A stretch of 61,238 bases of DNA from Hypanus sabinus. Its lineage: Eukaryota. Both the position numbers and the translations under genes were made by a program. Below are positions 15,001-26,870 of the stretch, piece after piece. The DNA lies in NCBI RefSeq assembly GCF_030144855.1, contig NW_026781447.1, forward strand, positions 248,001-309,238. Reading direction: 5' to 3'. Every line of letters starts with the position of its first letter. Position 1 is the first letter of the stretch. The notes beneath the pieces are model-generated. The model worked only from the letters and a program-made list of their open reading frames with translations, was not told the DNA's origin and made no database searches.

Positions 15001-18000
15001 CATGTCGGCATTGGAGTGGACCAAGGAAATGTCGACATTGGAGTGGACCCAGGACATGTCGGCATTGGAGTGGACCCAGGACATTTCGGCATTGGAGTGG
15101 ACACAGGACATGTCGGCATCGGAGTGGATCCAGGACATGTCGGCATTGGAGTGGAAGCAGGACATGTCGGCATTGGAGAGAACCCAGGACATGTCGGCAT
15201 TGGAGAGGACCCAGGGCATGTCTGCATTGGAGTGGACCCAGGAAATGTCGGCATTGGAGTGGACCCAGGACATGTCGGCATTGGCATTGACCAGGACATG
15301 TCGGCATTGGTGTGGACCCAGCACATGTCGGAATTGGAGAGGACCAGGACATTTCGGCATTGGAGTGGACCCAGGACATGTCGGCATTGGAGTGCATCCA
15401 GGGCATGTCGGCATTGGAGTGGACCCAGGGCATGTCGGCATTGGAGTGGACCAAGGACATGTCGGCATTGCAGTGGACCCAGGACATGTCGACTTTGGAG
15501 TGGACCCAGGACATGTCGGCATTGGAGAGGACCCAGGACATGTAGGCAATGGAGTGGACCCAGGACATGTCGGCATTGGAGTGGACCAAGGACATGTCGG
15601 CATTGGAGAGGACCCTGGACATGTCGGCATTGGAGTGGACCCAGGACATGTCGGCATTGGAGTGGACACAGGACATATCGGCATTGGAAAGGACCCAGGA
15701 CATGTCGGCATTGGAGTGGACCCAGGACATGTCGGCATTTTAGAGGATCCAGGACATGTCGGCATTGGAGTCGACCCAGGACATGTCGGCATTGGAGAGG
15801 ACCCTGGGCATGTCGGCTTTGGAGTAGACCCAGAACATGTGGGCATTGGAGTGGACCCAGGACATGTCGGCATTGGAGAGGACCCAGGACATGTCGGCAT
15901 TGGAGTGGACCCAGGACATGTCGGCATTGGAGTGGACCCAGGACATGTCGGCATTGGAGTGGACCCAGGACATGTCGGCATTGGAAAGGACCCAGGACAT
16001 GTCGGCATTGGAGTGGACCCAGGACATGTCGGCATTTTAGAGGATCCAGGACATGTCGGCATTGGAGTGGACCCAGGACATGTCGGCATTGGAGTGGTCC
16101 AAGGATATGTCGGCATTGGAGTGGACCCAGGACATGTCGGCATTGGAGTGGACCCAGGGCATGTCGGCATTGGAGTGGACCAAGGACATGTCGGCATTGG
16201 AGTGGACCCAGGACATGTCGACGTTGGAGTGGACCCAGGATATGTCGGCATTGGAGAGGACCCAGGGCATTTCGGCATTGGCGTTGACCCAGGACATGTC
16301 GGCATTGGAGTGGACCCAGCACATGTCGGAATTGGAGAGGACCCAGGGCATTTCGGCATTGGCGTTGACCCAGGACCTGTCGGCATTGGAGTGGACCCAG
16401 CACATGTCGGAATTGGAGAGGACCCAGGACATGTCGGCATTGGAGTGAACCCAGGACTTGTCGGCATTGGAGAGGACCCAGGACATGTCGGCATTGGAGT
16501 GGACCCAGGGCATGTCGGCATTGGAGAGGACCAAGGACATGTCGGCATTGGAGAGGACCCAGTACATGTCGGCATTGGAGATGACCCAGGACATGTCAGC
16601 ATTGGAGTGGACCAAGGACATGTCGGCATTGGAGTGGACCCAGGACATGTCGGCATCGGAGTGGACCCAGGACATGTCGGCATTTGAGTGGACACAGGAC
16701 ATGTCGGCATTGGAGAGGACCCAGGACATGTCGGCATTGGAGTGGACCCAGCACATGTCGGAATTGGAGAGGACCCAGGACATGTCGGCATTGGAGTGAA
16801 CCCAGGACATGTCGGCATTGGAGAGGACCCAGGACATGTCGGCATTGGAGTGGACCCAGGGCATGTCGGCATTGGAGAGGACCAAGGACATGTCGGCATT
16901 GGAGAGGACCCAGTACATGTCGGCATTGGAGAGGACCCAGGACATGTCAGCATTGGAGTGGACCAAGGATATGTCGGCATTGGAGTGGACCCAGGACATG
17001 TCGGCATTGGAGTGGACCCAGGACATGTCGGCATTGGAGTGGACAAAGGACATGTCGGCATTGCAGAGGACCCAGGACATGTCGGCATTGGCGTTGACCC
17101 AGGACCTGTCGGCATTGGAGTGGACCCAGCACATGTCGGAATTGGAGAGGACCCAGGACATGTCGGCATTGGAGTGAACCCAGGACATGTCGGCATTGGA
17201 GAGGACCCAGGACATGTCGGCATTGGAGTGGACCCAGGGCATGTCGGCATTGGAGAGGACCAAGGACATGTCGGCATTGGAGAGGACCCAGTACATGTCG
17301 GCATTGGAGAGGACCCAGGACATGTCAGCATTGGAGTGGACCCAGGACATGTCGGCATTGGAGAGGACCAAGGACATGTCGGCATTGGAGTGGACCCAGG
17401 ACATGTCGGCATTTGAGTGTACCCAGGACATGTCGGCATTGGAGTGGACCCAGGGCATGTCGGCATTGTAGTGGACCCAGAACTTGTCGGCATTGTAGTG
17501 GACCCAGGAAATGTCAGCATTGGAGTGGACCCAGGACATGTCGGCATTGGAGTGGACCCAGGACATGTCGGTATTGGAGTGGACAAAGGACATGTCGACT
17601 TTGGAGTGGACCCAGGATATGTCGGCATTGGAGTGGACCCAGGACATGTCGGCATTGGAGAGGACCCAGGACATGTCGGCATTGGAGTGGACCCAGGACA
17701 TGTCGGCATTTGAGTGTACCCAGGACATGTCGGCATTGGAGTAGACACAGGACATGTCGGCATTGGAGTGGACCCAGTTCATGTCGGCATTGGAGAGGAC
17801 CCAGGACATCTCGGCATTGGAGAGGACCCAGGACATGTCGGCATTGGATTGGACCCAGGACATGTCGGCATTGGAGTGGACCCAGGACATGTCGGCATTG
17901 GAGAGGACCCAGGGCATGTCGGCATTGGAGAGGACCAAGCACATGTCGGCATTGGAGTGGACCCAGTACATGTCGGCATTGGAGAGGACCCAGGACATGT

Positions 18001-21000
18001 CAGCATTGGAGTGGACCCAGGACATGTCGGCATTGGAGAGGACCAAGGACATGTCGGCATTGGAGTGGACCCAGGACATGTCGGTATTGGAGTGGACGCA
18101 GGACATGTCGGCATTGGAGTGGACCCAGGGCATGTCGGCATTGGAGTGGACCCAGAACTTGTCAGCATTGAAGTGGACCCAGGAAATGTCAGCATTGGAG
18201 TGGACCCAGGACATGTCAGCATTGGAGTGGACCCAGGATATGTCGGCATTGGAGTGGACCCAAGACATGTCGGCATTGGAGAGGACCCAGGACATGTTGG
18301 CAATGGAGTGGACCCAGGACATGTCGGCATTGGAGTGGACCAAGGACATGTCGGCATTGGAGTGGACGCAGGACATGTCGGCATTGGAGTAGACCCAGGA
18401 CATGTCGGCATTGGAGTGGACCCAGTTCATGTCAGCATTGGAGAGGACCCAGGACATCTCGGCATTGGAGAGGACCCAGGACATATCGGCATTGGATTGG
18501 ACCCAGGACATGTCGGCATTGGAGTGGACCCAGGACATGTCGGCATTGGAGAGGACCCAGTACATGTCGGCATTGGAGAGGACCCAGGACATGTCGGCAT
18601 TGGAGTGGACCCAGGACATATCGGCATTGGAATGTACCCAGGACATGTCGGCATTGGAGTGGACCCAGGGCATGTCGGCATTTTAGAGGATCCAGGACAT
18701 GTCGGCATTGGAGTGGACCCAGGACATGTCGGCATTGGAGAGGACCCAGTTCATGTCAGCATTGGAGAGGACACAGGACATCTCGGCAATGGAGAGGACC
18801 CAGGACATGTCGGCATTGGAGAGGACCCAGGACATGTCGGCATTGGAGTGGACCCAGGACATGTCGGCATTGGAGTGGACCCAGGACATGTCGGCATTGG
18901 AGTGGACCCTGGACATGTCGGCATTGGAAAGGACCCAGGACATGTCGTCATTGGAGTGGACCCAGGACATGTCGGCATTTTAGAGGATCCAGGACATGTC
19001 GGCATTGGAGTGGACCCAGGACATGTCGGCATTGGAGTGGACCAAGGACATGTCGGCATTGGAGTGGACCCAGGTCATGTAGGCAGTGGAGTGGACCCAG
19101 GACATGTCGGCATTGGAGTGGACACAGGACATGTCGGCATTGGAGTGGACGCAGGACATGTCGGCATTGGAGTGCAACCAGGACATGTCGGCATTGGAGA
19201 GAACCCAGGACATGTCGGCATTGGAGAGGACCCAGGGCATTTCGGCATTGGCGTTGACCCAGTACACGTCGGCATTGGAGTGGACCCAGCACATGTCGGA
19301 ATTGGAGTGGACCCAGTTCATGTCAGCATTGGAGAGGATCCAGGACATCTCGGCATTGGAGAGGACCCAGGACATGTCGGCATTGGATTGGACCCAGGAC
19401 ATGTCGGCATTGGAGTGGACGCAGGACATGTCGGCATTGGAGAGGACCCAGTACATGTCGGCATTGGAGAGGACCCAGGACATGTCGGCATTGGAGTGGA
19501 CCCAGGACTTATCGGCATTGGAAAGGACCCAGGACATGTCGGCATTGGAGTGGACCCAGGGCATGTCGGCATTTTAGAGGATCCAGGACATGTCGGCATT
19601 GGAGTGGACCCAGGACATGTCGGCATTGGAGAGGACCCAGTTCATGTCAGCATTGGAGAGGACCCAGGACATCTCGGCAATGGAGAGGACCCAGGACATG
19701 TCGGCATTGGAGAGGACCCAGGACATGTCGGCATTGGAGTGGACCCAGGACATGTCGGCATTGGAGTGGACCCAGGACATGTCGGCATTGGAGTGGACCC
19801 AGGACATGTCGGCATTGGAAAGGACCCAGGACATGTCGGCATTGGAGTGGACCCAGGACATGTCGGCATTTTAGAGGATCCAGGACATGTCGGCATTGGA
19901 GTGGACCCAGGACATGTCGTCATTGGAGTGGACCAAGGACATGTCGGCATTGGAGTGGACCCAGGACATGTAGGCAGTGGAGTGGACCCAGGACATGTCG
20001 GCATTGGAGTGGACACAGGACATGTCGGCATTGGAGTGGACGCAGGACATGTCGGCATTGGAGTGCAACCAGGACATGTCGGCATTGGAGAGAACCCAGG
20101 ACATGTCGGCATTGGTGAGGACCCAGGGCATTTCGGCATTGGCGTTGACCCAGGACACGTCGGCATTGGAGTGGACCCAGCACATGTCGGAATTGGAGAG
20201 GACCCAGGACATGTCGGCATTGGAGTGGACCCAGGACATGTCGGCATTGGAGAGGACCCAGGACATGTCAGCATTGGAGTGGACCCAGGACATGTCGGCA
20301 TTGGAGAGGACCAAGGACATGTCGGCATTGGAGTGGACCCAGGACATGTCGGCATTTGAGTGTACCCAGGACATGTCGGCATTGGAGTGGACCCCGGGCA
20401 TGTCGGCATTGGAGTGGACCCAGAACTTGTCGGCATTGGAGTGGACCCAGGAAATGTCAGCATTGGAGTGGACCCAGGACATGTCGGTATTGGAGTGGAC
20501 CAAGGACATGTCGGCATTGGAGTGGACCCAGGACATGTCGACTTTGGAGTGGACACAGGATATGTCGGCATTGGATTGGACCCAGGACATGTCGGCATTG
20601 GAGAGGACCCAGGACATGTCGGCAATGGAGTGGACCCAGGACATGTCGGCATTGGAGTGGACCAAGGACATGTCGGCATTGGAGTGGACGCAGGACATGT
20701 CGGCATTTGTGTAGACCCAGGACATGTCGGCATTGGAGTGGACCCAGTTCATGTCGGCATTGGAGAGGACCCAGGACATCTCGGCATTGGAGAGGATCCA
20801 GGACATGTCGGCATTGGAGTGGACCCAGGACATGTCGGCATTTGGAGAGGACCCTGGGCATGTCGGCATTGGAGAGGACACAGGACATTTCGGCATTTGT
20901 GTGGACCCAGGACATGTCGGCATTGGAGTGGACCCAGAACTTGTCGGCATTGGAGTGGACACAGGAAATGTCAGCATTGGAGTGGACGCAGGACTTGTCG

Positions 21001-22557
21001 TCATTGGAGTGGACACAGGACATGTCGGCATTGGAGTGGACCCAGGACATGTCGGCATTGGAGTGGACCAAGGACATGTCGGCATTGGAGTGGACCCAGG
21101 ACATGTCGACATTGGAGTGGACCCAGGACATGTCGGCATTGGAGTGGACCCAGGACATGTCGGCATTGGAGTGGACACAGGACATGTCGGCATTGGAGAG
21201 GAACCAGGACATGTCGGCATTGGAGAGAACCCAGGACATGTCGGCATTGGAGAGGACCCAGGGCATTTCGGCATTGGCGTTGACCCAGGACATGTCGGCA
21301 TTGGAGTGGACCCAGCACATGTCGGAATTGGAGAGGACCCAGGACATGTCGGCATTGGAGTGGACCCAGGACATGTCGGCATTGGAGTGGACCCAGGACA
21401 TGTCGGCATTGGAGTGGACCAAGGACATGTCGGCGTTGGAGTGGACGCAGAACACATCGGCATTGGAGTGGACCCAGTACATGTCGGCATTGGAGAGGAC
21501 CCAGGACATGTCGGCATTGGAGGGGACCAAGGACATGTCGGCATTTTAGAGGATCCAGGACATGTCGGAATTGGGGAGGACCCAGGACATGTCGGCATTG
21601 GAGTGGACCCAGGACATGTCGGCATTGGAGTGGACGCAGGACACATCGGCATTGGAGTGGACCCAGTACATGTCGGCATTGGAGTGGACCCAGGACATGT
21701 CGGCTTTGGAGTGGACACAGAACATTTCGGCTTTGCAGTGGACCCAGGACATGTCGGAATTGGGGAGGACCCAGGACATGTCGGCATTGGAGTGGACCCA
21801 GGACATGTCGGCATTGGAGTGGACCAAGGACATGTCGGCATTGCAGTGGACCCAGGACATGTCGACATTGCAGTGGACCCAGGACATGTCGGCATTGGAG
21901 TGGACCCAGGACATGTCGGCATTGGAGTGGACACAGGACATGTCGGCATTGGAGAGGACCCTGGGCATGTCGGCTTTGGAGTGGACCCAGAACATGTCGG
22001 CATTGGAGTGGACCCAGGACATGTCGGAATTGGAGAGGACCCAGGACATGTCGGCATTGGAGTGGACCCAGGACATGTCGGCATTGGAGAGGACCCAGGA
22101 CATGTCGGCATTGGATTGGACCCAGGACTTGTCGGCATTGGTATGGACCCAGGACATGTCGGTATTGGAGAGGACCCAGGACATGTCGGCATTGGAGTGG
22201 ACCCAGGACATGTCGGCATTGGAGTTGGCCCAGAGCATGTCGGCATTGGAGTGGACCCAGAACATCTCGGCATTGGAGAGGACCCTGGGCATGTCGGCTT
22301 TGGAGTGGACCCAGAACATGTCGGTATTGGAGAGGACCCTGGGCATGTCGGCTTTGGAGTGGACCCAGAACATTTCGGCATTGGAGAGGACCCAGAGCAT
22401 GTCGGCATTGGAGTGGACCCAGAACATCTCGGCATTGGAGAGGACCCAGGACATGTCCGCATTTCAGTGGACCCAGGACATGTCGGCATTGGAGAGGACC
22501 CAGAGCATGTCGGCATTGGAGTGGACCCAGAACATGTCGGCATTGGAGTGGACCCAG
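1..22557. repeat. 27-bp tandem minisatellite, consensus ATGTCGGCATTGGAGTGGACCCAGGAC, ~835 copies, extends beyond the left edge
   Basis: The unit is directly visible throughout, and all six frames give 9-aa repeats (MSALEWTQD, DPGHVGIGV, SGPRTCRHW, SWVHSNADM, PGSTPMPTC, LGPLQCRHV). Occasional 26/28-bp units shift the phase. The last unit ends GACCCAG at 22557. Confidence 0.98.
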
Positions 22558-23000
22558 GGGAGGTTCACAAATCTGATTCCAGGAATGGGAGAGTTATCAC
22601 GTTAGTACTGCTTGAGTGATCTAGGTCTGTACAGGCTGGAATTTCAGAAGGATGAGTTGAGACCACATTTCAACATTTCGAATGTTGAAAGGCGAGGCAG
22701 AGTGGTTGTGTAAAGAACGTTCCCGATGCTTGCGGTGCCCGAGACAAGGGGGCAGAGCCTCAGAATAGAGAGCCGATCATCTGAAACAGAGAACCAAGGC
22801 TTCTGAATATGGGGAATTTGTTATCACATTCGACTGCGGAGACCATATTCTTGGGTGTCTTTAAGGTAGAGATCTATTAGTTGTTGATTGGATGAGAAGG
22901 CCGCGGAATGTCGGCCAGGAAGGCAAGTAAAATAATCAGCCGTGATTAAGCAGACACGATGGACCAAGTGGCCCAATTGTATTCCAAAATATTATGTTCA
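22558..23000 (+). mobile_element. Decayed CR1-type LINE 3' end (ORF2 C-terminus plus 3'UTR-like tail)
   Basis: Reads G-R-F-T-N-L-I-P-G-M-G-E-L-S then ctaggtctgtacaggctggaatttcagaaggatgag, matching the CR1 RRFTRxIPGM...LGLYxLEFRRM motif. It ends with an aatcagccgtgatt...gatggaccaagtggcccaatt tail resembling the CR1 3' end at ~40970-41020. Confidence 0.85.
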
Positions 23001-23374
23001 TCTGTTTCTGTGGTCTTAAATCTGTGAGAGGTATGCACATTTTTTTTATCAAAGCTAGCTTAGACTGAGTATCACTTTGCTTAGATGAACAGGAACTGAT
23101 TGAAACTCATGTCGAGAGGAAAAGGGCATTGCTGCTGTCAGCTCCTAATGAAATGGCGCCGGACAGAAACCTCGAGCGCTTATTCACTTCCAGAGATGCT
23201 GTCTGACCTGCTGTGCTCTCCCAGCATTTAATGTGTGATTCCGTTCTAAGTTCAAAATTCAATGCACAATGGTTATCAAAGTACTGTCATGTCCTGACTT
23301 ATATTTTTTACTGTTATATTTTATGTATTTCATTTAGCAGTCCGGTGAGAGCAGTCTATTCCGCTGGCAACCTG

Positions 23375-23928
23375 TTGCATTACTGATTGAAGATAAAAAA
23401 TGCCCGCGATCAGGGACTGCTTTACATGGTGAGGGACAGGGGGAAGAGCAAGACAAACCGTTTGAAACGATCGGAGGATACAATCCGGTGCGAGACCCGA
23501 TTGTTCCAGGTGGATTACGAGCGACATGTGGAAGGTGGCCTTTGCTTTCACGTTGACCGAGAGTCCAGGAGAGACGGCACAGTGCATGATCAGCTCCAAC
23601 TGGAGCCCATTTCACTATTCAATTAGAACGGGCTTTCTTGTTTTTGGTCCTCGTTACTACACCTTATGTTAAGTAAACATTCATAAATATAATCCCTTTA
23701 ATCGTAAGCTGTCTTTTATTTCATGGACGATAGCAAAGAATGAGGTTCACCAGATGGAGAAGATGGGAATGTGAACTGAACAGGGGAGACGAGAGAGGAA
23801 CCAGAAAAGCGGATGGAACTGGAGAAAGTAGTGATCGGGGACAATTCAGCTGGTGCTGGAGAAATGTTCATACCCTCTGGTAGGAAAATACCGAGACAGC
23901 ATATGAGCTGTTCCCCTAGAAATATCAT
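23375..23928 (-). pseudogene. Highly decayed TCR V relic (leader, intron, V remnant)
   Basis: Leader-like exon MIFLGEQLICCLGIFLPE(G) at 23928-23874 with phase-1 donor G|GTATGA. The remnant gives SPGLSVNVKAKATFH-CRS and SDRF...LSLTM*SSP*SRAFFI across frameshifts and stops. Its 3' part aligns with the relic at 43255-43296. No recognisable RSS. Confidence 0.45.
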
Positions 23929-24389
23929 TCCGGCAGCAAAGACTCTCAGAATGGGAATGGGAAGATGGAGTAGATTCGGTTTCCTGTGGGCAGTTTTATC
24001 TATTGCGCAGGAAGGTGCTGAAGGACTCGCAGAAAAAGTACTCCGAAACTCATTCGCATTTCACCGAAGAGGTGGAGTCCACACTGCACTGGCAACACCG
24101 GGTACAGCAGGTGAAACCGGCAGACTGGCAGGTGAATTGTCACCTCAAAAGAAAGGCCGGTTTGGGACCCGGAACGTCGGTGCGGGAGACTTTGGTCAGC
24201 TCTGGTCACGCTTGCAAGGTTCAGCGCCAGGAGGGAGAGGAGTGGGGAGTCATTTAAAGCTGCTAGATCGGGATCGGAAACGGTGCTGTGCGCATATAAA
24301 TACAAATAGTGTATAGCTTCCTGTATCGTCTGTTAAGATTTTATATTTATATAACCAAACTGAATGTGGTCCGGTCTATCACGGGTAAA

Positions 24390-24545
24390 ACACTCCTCAT
24401 TATTGAATACATCTACAAGGACCGCAGTAACAGGAAAGCAAAATCCACCATCCGCGATCCCAAAAACCCAGGCCATTCTCTCTTCACGCCGCTGCCATCT
24501 GAAAGAAGCTACAGGGGTATTAGCACTCACACCTCGCGATCAAAA
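24390..24545 (+). mobile_element. Rex1/Babar-type LINE 3' fragment
   Basis: IEYIYKDRSNRKAKSTIRDPKNPGHSLFTPLPSERSYRGISTHTSR resembles the Rex1 C-terminal I.D..HPGH.LF..LPSGRRYR motif. Confidence 0.7.
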
Positions 24546-24673
24546 CAGTTAGTACACCTCAAAAATTCGCCTTTTGTACCAGGGGCGAGAGATTCACACA
24601 ACCTCACAGACCCCGACATTGATCTGCACCCATGAGGAATGGACTCAGTAGAGCTATCCCTCACATCCCGCTT

Positions 24674-25340
24674 GAAACTACTTCCTCTCCCCTTCGACGC
24701 ATGTCCTCTGCTATTACATAATTGTGAAAGGCCGTGATATGAAAATACTTCCACTCCCCTTCGACGCATGCCCTCTGCTATTACATAATTGTGAAAGGTC
24801 GTGATATGAAAATACTTCCTCTCCCCTTCGACGCATGTCCTCTGCTATTACATAATTGTGAAAGGCCGTGATATGAAAATACTTCCTCTCACCTTCGACG
24901 CATGTCCTCTGCTATTACATAATTGTGAAAGGCCGTGATATGAAAATACTTCCACTCCCCTTCGACGCATGTCCTCTGCTTTAGATAATTGTGAAAGGCC
25001 GTGATATGAAAATACTTCCTCTCCCCTTCGACGCATGTCCTCTGCTATTACATAATTGTGAAAGGCCGTGATATGAAACTACTTCCTCTCACCTTCGACG
25101 CATGTCCTCTGCTATTACATAATTGTGAAAGGCCGTGATATGAAAATACTTCCTCTCCCCTTCGACGCATGCCCTCTGCTATTACATAATTGTGAAAGGC
25201 CGTGATATGAAAATACTTCCACTCCCCTTCGACGCATGTCCTCTGCTATTACATAATTGTGAAAGGCCGTGATATGAAAATACTTCCTCTCCCCTTCGAT
25301 GCATACCCTCTGCTTTAGATAATTGTGAAAGGTCGTGATA
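24674..25340. repeat. 67-bp tandem repeat, ~10 copies
   Basis: Unit cttcctctccccttcgacgcatgtcctctgctattacataattgtgaaaggccgtgatatgaaaata; successive starts at 24681 and 24748. Confidence 0.95.
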
Positions 25341-25374
25341 GAGTGGATGCAGCAGTTTCTTTGCTCCGGGGCCA

Positions 25375-25545
25375 GAGACAAAGACCAGAGGTCACATCTC
25401 ACAAGACAGGGGGCGTCCATTTTAGATCGGAGATGAGAAGAGACCGATTCAAACAAGAACTGGTTAAACTTTGAAATCTATGCCACAGGCAGCTGTCGAG
25501 GACATTGTGTATATTCAAGGTAGACGTTGATAGGTTCCTGATTGG
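25375..25545 (+). mobile_element. CR1 3' fragment
   Basis: aagaccagaggtcacatctc...gggcgtccatttagatcggagatgagaag...ttcaaggtagacgttgataggttcctg is CR1 ORF2 end-like. Confidence 0.65.
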
Positions 25546-25814
25546 TTCGACCATGAAGACAAGCGCGGAGAATTCAGAATCTGAGAGATTAGTGGAAAAT
25601 TGTGTCAGTCTTTATGAAATGGTGGAGTATAATCAATGGGCGAAACTGTCTAATTCGGCTTCTATAATGATTGGCTTTATAATAAGCCTCATAGTTGTAC
25701 AGAGAGCAGAGGAAGCTGAGACAAAACAGCAGAATTAGACCATTCGCGACCATCGAGCCTTCTACACTTTCCATGAAGCGTCTTTCCAATTCTCGCCTTC
25801 TGTCTTCTCAACTT

Positions 25815-25960
25815 CCTTCCGAAACACCGCATTGAATTTACCAAATGAAGAGGCTTTCTCAGCCGTCAGGGTCAGGGAATTCTTTAGATTATCCGCTCGC
25901 TGGCTGTTAAAATTCCACCTCATCCCCGTTCTAAATGGATCAGTCCATTCTGACGTTCTG
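25815..25960 (-). mobile_element. CR1 3' fragment
   Basis: Minus-strand peptide PFRTGMRWNFNSQRADNLKNSLTLTAEKASSFGKF resembles CR1 PFRTEMRRNFFSQRVVNLWNSLP..AVEA.SL..F. Confidence 0.65.
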
Positions 25961-26709
25961 CCCTCTGTTCCCAGACTCCTCCACATCCACTCTATCTTGT
26001 TTCTTTTATATTCGATAGATTTCAATGAGCTATCCCCAACCCCCCTAATTCGTGTTCTCTCCATCGTGTACTGGCCCGGATCCTTAATCAATAACCTTTA
26101 ATTTCCGGAGTCATTATCGTGATCCTCCACTGGGAACAAGAAAAATGCCATTTGAACTGTTTTGTAAGGAGTGGGTGTTTAAGGGAGTGGGGTGCGTGTA
26201 TATACGTGGATTCCTCTGAATATTGACGTAGCCTACGTCAATCTGCTGGAATGGCCATGCAATGTGCAAAAGCATAAGTTAGACTATCCGAGATTTTACT
26301 AGCCGTTCCTCACAGCGATGTCGCAGATAGCCCAAGATGTGTAATTCATTTATCTGCGAACCAAATCAAAATCGGTGTCGAATCGGTATACATACCGGGG
26401 ATAGATTGAAATCTCACTGAGTAGATCCACATAACATCCTCTCGCTCGAAGTCAGCAGAAACGAAGATCCATCAGCCGATCTCCGTTAGGGTATCAGAGG
26501 TGGCAAGGGGCGGGAAACGTAAATTCCTGACCGTTATCGGATCAGAGGATCCGTTCTGGGTCAATCGCAGAAGTCATTACGAAGAAGGAAAGACAACACC
26601 TTTACTGTCTGACAACACCTTTTCATGGCCTGTAAAACATTCACAAACCTCTATCTATGCACCTTCAAGAGAACGATGATTGATTACGTCACGCACTGTT
26701 ATCGGTTAA

Positions 26710-26870
26710 CCAGTGTATAGGAACAGAAAAACCTCGGGCCCAGCCTTCCCCACCACTGAGCACATCTTCAAGGACCGTAACCTGAAAAATGCTGCATCGA
26801 TTATCCAGGACCTCCCCCATCCAGGACATGCGTTCTTCTCGTTGCTGTCATCGGGAAGGAGGGAAGGGAG
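26710..26870 (+). mobile_element. Rex1/Babar-type LINE 3' fragment
   Basis: FPTTEHIFKDRNLKNAASIIQDLPHPGHAFFSLLSSGRR. Confidence 0.75.

Noticed and set aside
1-22557. CRISPR-like array
   Set aside because: Units are contiguous with no unique spacers, there are no cas genes, and the context is vertebrate.
38-22619. Dozens of long ORFs (up to 1564 aa) on both strands
   Set aside because: By-product of a 27-bp unit with no stop in any frame. They are interrupted by sporadic stops and frameshifts, with no unique domain or clear exon context.
23433-23444. GGGACAGGGGG resembling the conserved TCR D-beta core
   Set aside because: No flanking heptamer or nonamer on either side; it lies within the minus-strand V relic.
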